A DNA stretch of 64,000 bases from Botryllus schlosseri (Eukaryota), in the NCBI GenBank assembly GCA_051294905.1, contig CM119371.1:37946001-38010000 (forward strand). The letters are read 5' to 3'. Positions 35,901-48,812 of this stretch are shown in pieces. Made by a program: the position numbers and the translations under genes. How positions within the stretch are numbered: position 1 is the first letter of the stretch; each line of letters begins with the position of its first letter. The notes beneath the pieces were generated by a model that made no database searches, was not told where the DNA came from, and worked only from the letters and a program-made list of their open reading frames with translations.

Positions 35901-38900
35901 CTTGTTGTGGAGTTTGAAATGTGAGTAATAGTTCTGGCTCGAGTTGTGTATTTTGAAAAGTGAGTAATTCCAGATCTAGCTGCCGATTGGAGCAGGGAGT
36001 AGTGCGAATTCTATAGTTGGTAGCGTGTTCCAATAAAATTAGGGGCCAAACAACTAGAAAGCACGTGTTGTCGTTTGGTGTGAATCGTGCTACCGGTATT
36101 GTGTTGTTCGTTGAACCATTGCTTCTCAGAGTCATCGCTACTAACAGAGGCGTACCCAAGTGGAGTTTTGCTAGGCGAAACCCCTCCTATTTCAAACTCG
36201 AATTACTTCCCATGGAAATGCCGATGCGAGTCCGATATGTGGAGAGTAATGGGTTGCTTCCGGTTAGTTGGATTTTAGTTAGTTCGTTGCGGATTTTAAA
36301 GGTCGTTAGTTCTAGTTCTATTTCTAGTTGCGTATTTTGAAAAGCCAGTAGTTTGTACAAGTTTGCTAGCAGGGGCATAAATATCTTACATCATCCACGG
36401 AGATACGAGTCGGCCCATTTTCCTCGTGACACATATTCCGGCACCTCCAGTGGCGAATCGGTACGTGACGCTTTCTCCTCTGAACCGATGCTGAGAGAGA
36501 GGAAAAATAGTGACATTTAGCGTATTAAATTTCTACTCAGCTGCAAGTGGAAGTATTAATTTCCAAGTGAGTAGAAATTCAGTATTCACGGCCTATTTTC
36601 ATGCCAATTTTTACTGTAACTTTTATCAAGTATTGCGAAAAAATGTAAAGGATTGATTCAAAAATATGCTATGAACTATTTCTAGTATAGTTCCATTCTC
36701 TATAATTTGCATAACAAAGAGCTATATGATGGGTTAGCTGCATGTCACTGTTATCTATGACACAATGGCTTGCGAAAAAGAAGTTCAACTATACCCCTGC
36801 CAAGCCCGAACGTGCCCTAACAATATGTAAATAGATCGCTTCATTAATTCTGTCGCTTAAATTTGAGATAGTTTTATTTCACGAACGCCCAGGCTAGACC
36901 GGCGAAAATTAGATTTTCACTGGGTCACCTTTTTTCCGGCTATTGATTCTGTTGAAGTCGCCGACAGTGAGTTTTTCTGTCAAGCCTTGGGTGAAGTTTG
37001 CAGACCTAGGGGTTTGAGGAGTGTTATTTGACTTGTTTAGGGAGAGGGTTTAGCGCTATGCTGTTTAGCTTTTGGGGGGAAATTATTCCCGCATTGCGTA
37101 ATCTTCTTGTTGTGTGCTTGGAAAATGCGGTTAAATGGCAAAGTAACAAATTTAAACAACTCTGCAGGAACTAGGTTATGCAACGGAACCTTTCGAGTAT
37201 CTCGCATACCCTAATAATTCAAAAAAATTATAAATGCAACTTTTTACTACAACTTCTGTTAAAATTAGGTGCAACTTTCTCGCGATTCTAGTGCAACAAA
37301 AACTTGACCTACTAATTACTGATTTTGCGTTAGTCGCGATGATACATCTGGCATCCACACCGCGAAAAAATCTTTCTTCAAACTAATCCCTTCAGTTCTT
37401 TACAGACCTTTCATTTGTACTTCCACTTCAGGTAGATTTCTCGTGAAATTCTACTTCAAATGGTAGGCCTACTTGAACACAAATTCGAGGCGTTACGTCT
37501 ACTCCTACTTGAGTAGCAACGCTGAATACTTTGGCCAGCTCTGTTGAAAACTCACCGTTTGGTCGAAATTGCGGCTACGTTTCCCGATATAGAGAGGCGA
37601 ATTCCAATCGTACTCTCGAAGAACAGCGAGTAAAACGTCGGCGTTGACGTAATTGTCGTCGTCCAAGTGACACCACCATCTGATAACGTAAGTCGCACGT
37701 CACGTTTGAATGACGCACGGAAATCTAGTACAGTGGTTCCTAACCTTTTTCGACTCATCGTCCCCTTTTCCAGCCCGACACAAATTTTCGCGCGCCCCAT
37801 ATTTATGGATACGAAAATGAGGACATATAAACTTTATATTTATTCACCTAACTCTGATAGCTTTTGAATTGACTAAAAAAACAGATAACTTTTCGGAATA
37901 GGTGCTCGGAAAACCAGTTTCCGCGTCCATACCTGCCGTTGAGTTAACCTATTCTGTTGCATCATATGCAGACTAAAACGTCTTCAAGCGCATTTTCTGG
38001 CCATGATAATTAAATATATCCCACCGGAAATTCTAACTAGGGATGGTGTGAACCTCTGAAAGGTTCAGGTTCGTGCGAACGCGAACATTTTTGAAATGTT
38101 CTGTGTGAACGCGAACGTGAACCTCATGACGTCACGTGACGTCATATTGCTAATTCCAATTCTACATTTCTGTGAAGTGGTAGCCTATATTAATGTACAC
38201 GATACCGAGCGACGACTCGGGCTACATGTTGCCGCAATGCTGAAGTACACGTTGAACTGTTAAACCACCAAATGTATCAACTGGGGCAATCAAATGATAT
38301 AGCAATCCCATAAATCAATATCTTCCGTCGCTTTGCCAACAATTTCGACGAAGACTTGCTTGAATATAAGCTTACGCCTTAACGCCCTAGGCCGGACGGG
38401 CAATGTATTCGGCATCTGAGAATCGCTACGTTGATATTGAGCAGAGTGTGAAACTGGTTTCTGTACTTGGTACCGATATTACCCCTTTAACAAGTTATAC
38501 AGCAGTAGCCAACACCGCAATTGCACGGACTTGGTTTTTATGATACAATGAACATATGATATCAAGATTGACCCCGTACACCTGCTAGATTTTTTACATC
38601 AGACAACGATATCAATTTCATTGATTGGTTGAATAAGCATCATTCGCTGATTACCTACGTGTAGTGTATTCCGCTTTTGATGTTGTGTGATTGCGGGTCA
38701 AGCTCACAGCAGAGAGTCACTAAATTTTCCCCGACATTAAGCTTGATATTTCGAGCAAACTTTTGTAACGAAGCCAGGAAATTTGTGGAAAATGTCAAGG
38801 TGCATGATCGTTTAGTGTAATTTTTTTTTATGCTGCCAGCGCCATGCATATGAGTGGTCCACAGTTGAAATGCGATAAATTTCAACCAAAGATGCTGTAA

Positions 38901-41900
38901 TGAAGCGAAATCTGTAATATGTGAAAAAGGTTCACAGTGCAGAACCTACCAAGGTTCGTTTGTGAACGTGAACCTCTAAATTTTGGAGGTTCACACACAG
39001 AACGCGAACGTGAACCATCCCTAATTCTAACCTTTCCGCCCGCCAGTTGCCCCCTTGTTTCTCAAAATCACCCACGTTGGGAACCACGGATCTAGTAACT
39101 CACTTTTTGCCGCTTTCGAGAAAGTAATCGAATTCGTGGCCGAATTTGCAGCACAAGTCGAACCTGCGAAAAAAGACGGGAAGCGTAACATCCACGACAA
39201 TTGATATTTTTTCCGTTAATTTTGAAGACGTTCTTGAAGGTAGGCCTACAGAACCTCAATGACAATTGAAAAATATATTCATATTGAAATAAACCTGAAT
39301 ATTTTCGGCTGACACTCGTCAGGACTAATCGACAGCATACAGGCCTAAAATAGTTGTGTTTTAGTTACTTGAAAATATCTATTTCTACTTGAATTTGAAC
39401 ATCGACGATGGCTACTGAGACACGCCCTCAGCATACTATTAGCCGATCGAGGCGGCTACTTTCAAAAGCACAAGATTCATTTTCGAGACTAATGCAAGGG
39501 AGTAATGACTCTGCAAATAGGTGCAGTCTTCGTGAAAGTATTCAGGGACCGCGATATAGATAAGTTACCAGAAAGTAGTATGGCCACAAAAAGAGGTGAA
39601 AATATAGTTTTAGAACTAGACCCCTTGAATTAGTAGTAGGAAAACCTATTTTAGTACTTTGATAAATGAACAAGTACTGCGTTAGCGACCACCACTGACG
39701 ATAAAATATGAGGCTACAAGAAGTTGTATGTTATATTTTCAGCTAGAGTCAATATTGCGCGTTTATGGTCGCAGAATGTAGCCTACCCCAAAGAGGTTTG
39801 TTCCTGAAATGATCATGATCACCCAAACATGCAAATGAGCTCAAATTACTTTGCGTGGCTTTTCCCGCACTCTGTCGCGATAAGATGGTCGCCTGGAAAA
39901 AAATTTGCAGCCATGAATGCCGACACTAAACTTAATTATTGCTTTAGTACAGGCCTACTACATTTATTTAATTCACAGGATTTCGTGAGCCCCTTGTCAC
40001 AATTCCTGTCGTGTATCATATAATTTAATTTCAACTCGTTTTTATGTCTTCTGCATAGAAACCAGTCTTGTAACAACTATTAACCTACTGAGTTGTGGTC
40101 AACTAATGACTGTTTTTTAGTCTAGCTCCTGTTGCCGATTTTGAAATGCGAGTAGCTTTAGTTCTGGGTCTCAAACTCATAATTTCCGAGTAGGCCTTTT
40201 TGGACGGAACCTTGCAGACTAGCATTCCACAAGCATCGTGAAAATGGAATTTACCATTGAAATATTCACTCTTGGCACGAGAAATATTCACATTTTCAAA
40301 TATCTGAATAAACTAATTTTTGTGCCTGGTATAATTTGTTAAGGTGATGAGTTATAGGCAACATGCGATGGTGCAAATGCATCACGACATCGTAAAAGCT
40401 GTCGCGTTATAATATTCCAGCTAGCGGACATTTGACGTGCCATAAATATAGGTAAAATATTTTAGAATTTACCAAATATTGATCTGATATTGATATCACA
40501 GCATTTGATCTGTGTAGCCTAATCCGGGTTTATAGTATAGTCCTGATAAGTAGGCTATTGTTCATGTCATTGGCAAAGTCAAATTAAATCACCGTTAGAT
40601 TTGCCTTTGATTGGAACTGATCAATAGCGACTTAAATGTAATAATTATTGTGTCATCTCCTAGCAGTGTTTCTTAACCTTTTTAGCGATCGCCCCCCTTG
40701 TGCCTTCAATGATATCTCTCGTACCCCCCGTCCATTTTCAACACAATATCCGATGGTACCTATATTAAAATAAAAATCCTATCGCGCTTAGCGCATAGAA
40801 TATATTTCAATGAATAAATTAGGCAAGAAAATATTCCATTTTGCGTTGGTGTGCAAAATAATTTCTCAAGCTCTAAATAGCATGTATAGGCCTAATTCCA
40901 CAATGCATCTCGTACACCCTGGTGTGGTAGCTCGCACCCCGATGGGGCCACGGACCCCTGCTGGTTAAAAAAAACTGGAATAGAAATGTCCAATCGACGA
41001 AGAATCCATTGGTGTTACAGCTGTGGAACGTATCGCTATACCTTACTCGCCACCGGCGATAATAACATATGGATAAAGAGACCAAAGTTTGTTCAAATAC
41101 TGGTTGAAAATACGCATTTTTAAAATCCAGTAGTTTGTACAAGTCTTAAGTCTGATAGCAATCGGAACGGCTGACTGCGTCTAGCGTACTCTACAATTAT
41201 ATTGTATTTTCATACTTTACTAAATTCGTTTTCATTTGAATCACTATTATACTTACCATTTTGCAAATTCTTGATGATGGGTGGGATATATAAAGGGTCT
41301 TCGATTTAATAAATTATTCCGTAAGTCATAAAGTACTGACAAGCTTCTTGGAGTTACAGAACTTAATTTGACAATTGAAAAATATATTCATATTGAAATG
41401 AGCCCGAATATTTTCGCCAGACAATTGTCAGAGTAATCGTTAGCAACTAGTAGATAATCGGAAAGAGAACCGTATATCAACAATCGTGTTCCAGTGGCGG
41501 CATAGTTGGCGATATGATTGTTGAAAAACAATGACCTTTTCAATTCTCTACTAGTTGAGGGCGATTAGCCTACCTCTGATGAGTGTCAGCAGAAAATATT
41601 CCGGTTTATTACAATATGAATAGATTATTCAAGCAATATCCGAGATTTACGAGTGAAAAACAAAGGATGTTACCCAACAGTGCACGTAACCTTCCATCTT
41701 CTTCGTCAGTGAAGAAATAAACCTGCTGACGTAACGACTCCCACCACGTCATCAAGATCAGGGGGACTCTCGATTGATGGAATTCCGCGCAGGTTTTTAC
41801 CGTGATGTAGACATCCTCCTTGCTCACATCGCTCCCGATATGGGACCGTGGGTTTGCGTTGGGCAGCCATCTTGAACAGTCATGTGACAGGAAATAGAAG

Positions 41901-41947
41901 GAGCACGAGAAACAGATTATTCCAAACGCGAAATACCCCACTCTCAT
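29975..41947 (-). CDS. fng: Fringe-family beta-1,3-N-acetylglucosaminyltransferase (type II membrane protein), about 310 aa, 7 coding exons
   Basis: Exons 41674-41947 (N-terminal hydrophobic anchor; VYITVKT..FHQSR..TW..QVYFFTD), 39850-39892 ([13 protein letters not shown]), 39104-39163 ([18 protein letters not shown]), 37556-37679 ([12 protein letters not shown], the DDD motif), 36390-36490 ([10 protein letters not shown]), 35329-35494 ([11 protein letters not shown]), 29975-30139 ([30 protein letters not shown]..stop). All GT-AG with matching phases; 933 nt in total. Confidence 0.92.
31706..31878. mobile_element. Small hairpin MITE
   Basis: TIR tttcccatttcacggacg / cgtccgtgaaatgggaaa; truncated relative at about 36876-37001. 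Confidence 0.65.
32120..34384. mobile_element. 2.3-kb non-autonomous TIR element in the last Fringe intron
   Basis: Termini cataggcgccga / tcggcgcctatg; flanks tattcat/tattcag (6 of 7 match). Confidence 0.65.
34556..34943. mobile_element. hAT MITE (TIR tagggttgcattt)
   Basis: Perfect TSD gtctcaaa; related to the host element at about 28201-29550. Confidence 0.85.
35540..36365. repeat. Dispersed repeat family with internal minisatellite (tagttctagttgcg..ttttgaaaagtgag)
   Basis: Ends cagacttgtac / gtacaagtttg. Related arrays lie at about 5150-5745, 16940-17280 and 22090-22555, with opposite-orientation relatives at about 1230-1660, 3500-4050 and 43580-43970. Confidence 0.7.
37731..39089. mobile_element. 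hAT MITE (cagtggttcc) carrying a nested MITE D (38038-39023); fills most of Fringe intron 3
   Basis: Outer TSD atctagta; inner TSD attctaac. Confidence 0.85.
39250..39336 (-). mobile_element. Penelope-like tail fragment with hammerhead core, sense to Fringe pre-mRNA
   Basis: The minus strand reads gctgtcgattagtcctgacgagtgtcagccgaaaatattcagg. CUGACGA, GAAA and UUC are intact; stem I is damaged. Confidence 0.65.
41340..41632. mobile_element. Two divergently oriented Penelope-like tails in Fringe intron 1
   Basis: A minus copy at about 41340-41490 and a plus copy at about 41538-41632 (ctgatgagtgtcagcagaaaatattccgg). Confidence 0.65.
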
Positions 41948-41982
41948 CTGAAAATCAATACAGGACTTGGGCTACATATAAC

Positions 41983-42017
41983 CAGGGATATCTAGAAACT
42001 AGTTCTAGATATCCCTG
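41983..42017. mobile_element. 35-bp TIR-only micro-element
   Basis: Perfect 15-bp inverted repeat cagggatatctagaa with a 5-bp spacer, and perfect 8-bp TSD catataac. Confidence 0.75.
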
Positions 42018-42882
42018 CATATAACATCTATAACCATTCAGTTCAGTTTATTATTATATTTTCCAGGGATATATACTATATAGAAAAGTCCAAGTTTTCG
42101 ACTCGTACGACGCCTCCAACTTTTCCAGCTTGGAATGGAAGGAACGAACGAGTTTAACTGCGGGACGGCTCTGAGAGCCAGTTTTTCGTAAAATAGTGCC
42201 CGACTGACTGAAAAAGTGCCGAATTATCTTTAGTGTTCCAAATGACCGTATACATAAAGAGAAATGAGCTTCAACAGTCCTATTAAGCTTAAATTAGGCC
42301 GCAGAATGAAGATCGTACATCTTGGCGGAAGTCATTTAGCGTTGTCAAGTTGAATTAAATTTGGAAAAGTCCACAATTATGCAACAAAAGCAGCAGGAAG
42401 GTGAGCTAGGCACAGTTTCCAACGAATCAACTCACTTAGTGGCATCACGAATTATATATATGCCTTATCGATCAAGTCTTGGCCTGTGGTCAGATGTCCA
42501 AGAAAGGGAGAGCATGTCTAGTAGACTAACTGGTGAATGATAGTTGGCAATACAAACTGGGTTTTGTCATGGATAGCAAATAATATTTCGATGTACGGTA
42601 ATGCAAGATAACGATTCACAGGACGTACAAGACAGCTATATGTCTACTGTAATTCCATATTTCTCGAATTCTAACATCAAATACTTGCTTAGGTGTACGA
42701 GTAAACATCATTTGATACTGATCTCTTGTGCTGTTAACGAATTTCTATTGTGATAGTTGAAGAAAGTAGAAAGTGCCAAAATAGTGCCAACGTGTCAAAT
42801 TCAAATTTCCAGGGCCAACCAACATGAACATGAGCCAAAATCCCTAAATTTAACTCCCAAATGCGTCGATTGGCAACACTGG

Positions 42883-43115
42883 TCTTAGTTCGACTGACCG
42901 CGAGAATTGCCACATATGATCACAGCAAGATTATTGTCTTCGACAGCAGGAACGGCCGGGTTCGGGTTTTCACGAGCGGCGGGGAGTTCGGGTCTTGCGT
43001 TGGTAGCAAGGGTTCTGATTTGGGAGAGATGAATAGGCCGTTTGGAGTCTGCCTTTTGTCAGACGGAGGAATCGCGGTCAGTAGCCTTTGGAGCAACAGT
43101 ATACAAATCTTTTGA
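42883..43115 (+). pseudogene. Orphan C-terminal NHL-repeat fragment (TRIM2/3/71-like beta-propeller)
   Basis: The translation ..KIIVFDSRNGRVRVFTSGGEFGSCVGSKGSDLGEMNRPFGVCLLSDGGIAVSSLWSNSIQIF* matches the NHL repeat pattern. It begins right after a TIR-like end (tggcaacactg, about 42871-42881), and no upstream NHL exons were seen. Confidence 0.6.
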
Positions 43116-44759
43116 ACTACCAGATTCGAGCGGGACATGTTCCGAGTTTATTTGCCTTTTCATGGATGAACCTATAATGACGGAGATCATAATGTTAGCT
43201 GACCCGGAAGAGCTAATCGCGTGATTACAAGATGTCAATTTGTTGAATGAAACGGCAGCCCACTGATAAAGATACCATGTTCTAGAGTTATATATATCCC
43301 TGATATTTTCATCCAATTAATCCACCACAAGATTACGATACAATGAAATGATGGGAAGGTGCCGAAACAACTTGGAGTAGTCTTTGAATCAGAGACCCAC
43401 CTTGACCTAGGCGAATTAAAGAAGAGGCATGCAAACTGAATGAAAATTAGTTGAAGATAACATAGAAATACAAAACGACAAAAAGAGGTGGCATGTGACT
43501 GCATGCCAAGATCAAGAATATAACAGATATATCAGATCGTGGTCCAGTAATCTAGTGCTCTGACTAGTATGTATTCAATAGAGCCATTGCTACAAAACTA
43601 AGAAATCCGATTAGATTAACCAGATTAAAATTAGATTCATAGCTGCGCAGTTTTTAGTCTGAATTACTGAAGTCGCCAAAACTATAAATTGAATTGAATT
43701 CCGATAATTGGAAGGAAATACAATAAAAATCTAGTACAGTTCATATAAAATTAGAGTTCCTTCTCACAAGCACGAGAATGGCAAATGTCTCTACGTCTAC
43801 ACCAAGCTTGGCTCGTTTCGCACTATACATTTCTGCTATTGCATTTTCAGGAATACTGGAAATGATATTAGAATTTAAATTTACAGCATATAGGAGCAAT
43901 TCACAAATTAGATTAGAATCCTATTACTGGCATTTCGCCTTAATTACTCTAATACCTTGAATTATCTAGTCTGTCTACAATGTCATTCGTTCACTGCAAG
44001 GGTACAGTAGGACACTGTGTGAGTAAACTGATCTGTCAATCTAAAATCCTTGTCGAACGAAACACTCCTTCGACTTCCTGCAAACAATCACGTGCATTCA
44101 TGATAATCACAATCCTCTGTTCTATGATCGCCACCCTTTCAAGATATACGATGTGTGCGATGCGACACACGAGATACGATGTGACGCAATGTCACGTTAA
44201 TTCCGTGCGAAATTGATCGACCGCTGACAGCCCTGGGCGATTTAGCGGCAGGCGAGAGGAATATCGAAGAATGAATAAGACAGCCGGTATAAGATCAAGA
44301 TCAAACACTGTTACATCGGACGATACTAGATTATAATACCAATATCTACTAAGTTTGATGTTTGACTGATGTTGGTATAACAATAAAACCACTGATTACG
44401 ATGAGATGATAGCGATCATTGGCGTAGCCAGGAAGGGATTAACATCGGTCATGCCCTCCCCCTCCCAATTTTCCGAAATTTTTCGTAAATAAACATAAGA
44501 TGGAGTATTTTCGAGCATCTGTATTCAACTTGATGTTTTTCGTCGCGCTTCGCGCAATATATTCACACAGTAGCTTTTTAATTGTTGAATACTCGCGTCT
44601 CGGTGAATCAAAATTTAAAAAATAGTCCTAAATTGAAATACGCACAATGTACAGAATTGAATCCACCTGTATTCGTATGTTCTGTCTGCGGTTGCGCGAC
44701 TAATATAGGCACCAGATTTTAGGCGTCAAAAAGACACACCAAAGCAGATAGGTTTTAGT

Positions 44760-45319
44760 CAGGGTTGTAATGACTCGAGTCATGATTTTCTGATGACTCG
44801 TCTTGACTCAAGTCATTTTCTCAAATACGGAAATGACTCAACTCGACTCGAGTCAATCTGTGTGTTGACTCGACTTGGACTCGAGTCATTGCGCATGACT
44901 CGAACCACATCATATGACTAGAGAATCAGACAGCCTAGACCGATATTTCATTGTAATTTCGAAGAATAGTAAAGTAACCATACTATTGGGAATTATTCTA
45001 TTGGTACTGGTACTTGAAAATGCGACCAGAAACTGCTAAAAGTGAGGGAAATTAGTATATTATGAATTCGAAACATTCGATATCACGAAATAGAGTTATA
45101 AAAAGTGAGTTTAACATGACTTTAACTGGAAACTGAGCGGTCAACACAATGACTTGTACTCGGAATCGAGTCATAATACCATGACTTGGACTCGACCCTC
45201 TGCTCGCTGACTTGGACTCGGACTTGACTCGGCGGTGACGTGAAAATGACTCGAGAGTCAAACCTATAAAAGTGAGATTGACTTGTGACTCGGAGGCTTG
45301 TGACTTGATTACAACCCTG
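44760..45319. mobile_element. hAT-type MITE family A, complete copy
   Basis: TIRs cagggttgtaat..attacaaccctg; perfect 8-bp TSD gttttagt. Confidence 0.9.
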
Positions 45320-47275
45320 GTTTTAGTCTACACGAAGTGCGATCCCAGAAAGATCGCAGGCGATAGGCCGAAGATCACGCGGGATGGTCCGGTCTTTGCA
45401 ATCGGAGTCCCGCGGTACATAGGAAATAGGTATTGCGCCTCATCAATAAATGCAAATTGGGAATCGTTTGTATCTCTCTTTTAATTGGTTTTGCTACGTG
45501 TGAGCGATTGTCTGAGTGACGACAACTTTTTCCGGAGCTGATGACGTAAGAACATGCTTCAACTAACTAAGTGATTACAAGTGTCCCGCCCGACGCTCAC
45601 CCTCCAGAAACTCATGAATAATCTTACCATACTTTTAAAGATATAGCCCAAGATGAATAATTACGAGCCTTCTAAATATTTGAAGACGCGGCTTCTATCA
45701 GCTTTGCCGGTAAATCTTATAATGATAATGTATACGGCCGTAACAGAGTCGCACTCCAATCCCCCAATGGGTGGCTGCGAGCTCGAATGAAAGTTCAAAA
45801 TTATTTCGTAAATCCGCATAAATTTATCGAGTGTGTATTGGTAGAATCAATAAACTTTAAATTTTTCTTTCCGCGATATATTATCGTACTACAAAAGTCT
45901 TGACTTTAATCCCATGCCCTCAAATATAAATTAATTATGTTCAATATATAGATATAGGCAATTTGGCGCCTTTGATATATACATGTCCAATAGATAGTTG
46001 TTCATATACGTTCCTAAATGCTCGGCACTGAATAGTCATGTCTTTTCACTCTGGGAAAACGCCGCATACGTGATCAAATGTCAAAATGGAATCGTATGTG
46101 TCTCACGAAATAAGTTCTTCTTTTTGTTCAGTCTGGTACATTTGCTCTATTCCAATCAGGGTTGTAATGTCTCGAGTCATGACTCGACTTGACTCGAGTC
46201 ATTTTCTTTAAAATGAAAAATGACTCGATTCGACTCAAGTCAATTTGTGCATTGACTCGACTTGTACTCGAGTCATGGCGCTTGACTCGGACCAAGTCAT
46301 ATGATTCGAAACTGGGTCTACCAAGATAGCCGTTTCATAGTAATTTCGAAGAATAGTAAAGTTATCACACTATTATGATTTCTTCTATCAGTACTGTAAT
46401 GAATTTGCGTATATCTCTGTGAAGTTTAACTCAGAAAGTAGCTGTCCAATATTAGGTTGTAAGCTGTCTGGTACCTAACTGAGAGACTGCTCCTGGTTCA
46501 TTGTCGTGATAGTTCTTCGTACGATATATTGTCCATACACAGTTTATTCAAACGTTTGCAAGTAGTAGGTTTACATGAATCTCGTATCGAGTCTGCTAAA
46601 CATACGCTTATATAGACTCGTGATCATTGCAATAGGAAGTCATATTCGTATCCTAATATGGCGTGAAATACACAATGTTGGATAATATCATATACTCCCG
46701 CAATCAGGTGTATCCAGAGGTGGTCAGTAACGAAGTACTTCTACTTTTTCGAAGTACTCAAGTAGTTTTCCTCTACTTCTGGTACTTACTCAAGTAGATC
46801 TGATTTTCGCTACTTCTACTTCGTAATATTTTGTGATCTACTTGCTTACTTTTCGCTATTTTCAGTTTGTCAAGTAGAAGTAGTTCAATCTTCCAATCAG
46901 GAAGATAGCCTGAGGAATTTCGGGGATGTTTTCACGGAGTATCAACATTTTATTTTCATAAAAGTTTAGTAAAGCCCAGAATTTTCGTCGCGCTTCGCGC
47001 GCAGTGCTGGATGCGGAGTGACCAGTATGATTTCACGAAAGTATCGGTGAATATAATTTAGGTAGAGGGTTGGCGTGGTTCCGTTCACACCACCTTGTCG
47101 CCCTTCGTCCATATCAAATAATTCATCACAGTATATATGGCTCATCCTAACGTTTGAAACTGATGTTTCGCAATCTTGCATTTACTTGTCATATCGTAAT
47201 CTAGCATGTCCATGGCGTGTCCAAATCTGGAAAAGAGGACTCTGATTTTTTTTTTAGTTTTAGAGCTGTTTTAGC

Positions 47276-48373
47276 AAGAGGTGGTCAAAGTAGTCAAGAA
47301 AGCTACTCAAGTAGAAGTAGAAGTAGCGACGAAAAAATCTACTCAAGTACGAGCAGAAGTACTTTTTCCCTAAGCAACCTAAAACTACTTGAAGTAGAAG
47401 TAGAATTGACCGACTTTAAATCTACTCGAGTAAGTAAGTAGTTGTGAAACCGATCCTAATTCGTTCACATGGATTGTCAAAAGGTCCAAATTGAACTATG
47501 CGAAAGGTGCCGAGCTCGATTCATATTGATGTTTACTAGGAGGTATCTAATTTTCGACAGCATAGCATTCGCCCGCATCATGGGATGAAAATGATAGTAT
47601 TGATACGGAAATGCGATACTAATCCTCTGTTTTCTCGAACAGCACGTTTTAGAAAATATCAGGGTATGGCGCCCTCCCCCATATCATGAGGCCCGTAGTT
47701 TAATCGAAGAGCAATACGGAGAAGTTCTATACGATACGGTGTAAACACTTTGCGCGATTAGTAAATGTTAATAAAAAAGATGGTGGGCCGTAAAAATGCC
47801 ATATTGTGTACCTTTATTTTCGGAAATTAAAGGCATTACTATACTTGCTTTTATACTTCAACATGTATGTTATCCAGAAAAAAGAACTGATATTAATTAG
47901 AACTCAAAGTATATCAGAAACATCAGTTTCAAACGTTGTGATGAGCCATATATACTGTGATGAAATATTTCATATGGCGAAGGGCGACAACGTGGTGTGA
48001 ACGGAATCACGCCAATCCGCTACCTAAATGATATTGACCCATACTTTCAGGAAATCATACTGCTCACTACGTGGCCTAACCACTGCGCGCGAAGCGAAAA
48101 TTCCGGGCTTTACTCAACTTTTATGATAATTAAATGTTAATACTTCGTGAAAACTGTCGCAACATTCCTCAGGCTATCTTCCTGATTGGCGGATTGAACT
48201 ACTTCTACTTGACAAACTGAAAATAGCGAAAAGTAAGTAAGTAGATTATATAATATTACGAAGTAGAAGTAGAAGTAGCGAAAATCAGATCTACTTGAGT
48301 AAGTACCAGAAGTAGAGGGAAACTACTTGAGTACTTCGAAAAAGTAGAAGTACTTCGTTACTGACCACCTCTG
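47276..48373. mobile_element. hAT-type element B, second copy inserted in inverted orientation inside the first
   Basis: Perfect TSD gttttagc (47268-75 / 48374-81). The sequence is the reverse complement of the outer copy's ends. Confidence 0.88.
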
Positions 48374-48812
48374 GTTTTAGCATACCACCTTTGAAACTTT
48401 CTGGACTAAAGACATGAAATACATGTTCTGCTTTTAGAAGTAGTATTTATGTTTCACTTTCAATTCCCAGTATCATATACTTTGAGTTATAATTATTATC
48501 AGTTCTTTTGTCTGGATAACATACAGGCTGAAGTAAAAAGGCAAGTGTAGTAATGCCTTCAATTTCTGGAAATAAAGCTACACAATATGGCATTTTTATG
48601 GTCCACCATATTTTTTATTAACGTTTACTAATCGCGCAACGTGTTTACACCTTATCCTATACAACTTCTCCGTATTGCTCTTCGACTAAACCGCGGGCCT
48701 TATAATATGGGGAATGGCGCCATACCATGCTATTTTCTAAAACGTGCTGTTCGAGAAAACAGAGGATTAGCATCGCATTTCCATATCAATACTATCATTT
48801 TCTTCCCATTAT

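Noticed and set aside
35737..36378. ORFs with [10 protein letters not shown] repeats (also 53703-53942 with ITITIT and 51715-52033)
   Set aside because: Translations of minisatellite or MITE subterminal repeats.
40873..41142. ORF containing ..ASYHTR.. as a possible Fringe exon 2
   Set aside because: Exon 39850-39892 ([13 protein letters not shown]) fits both phases and the family motif much better.
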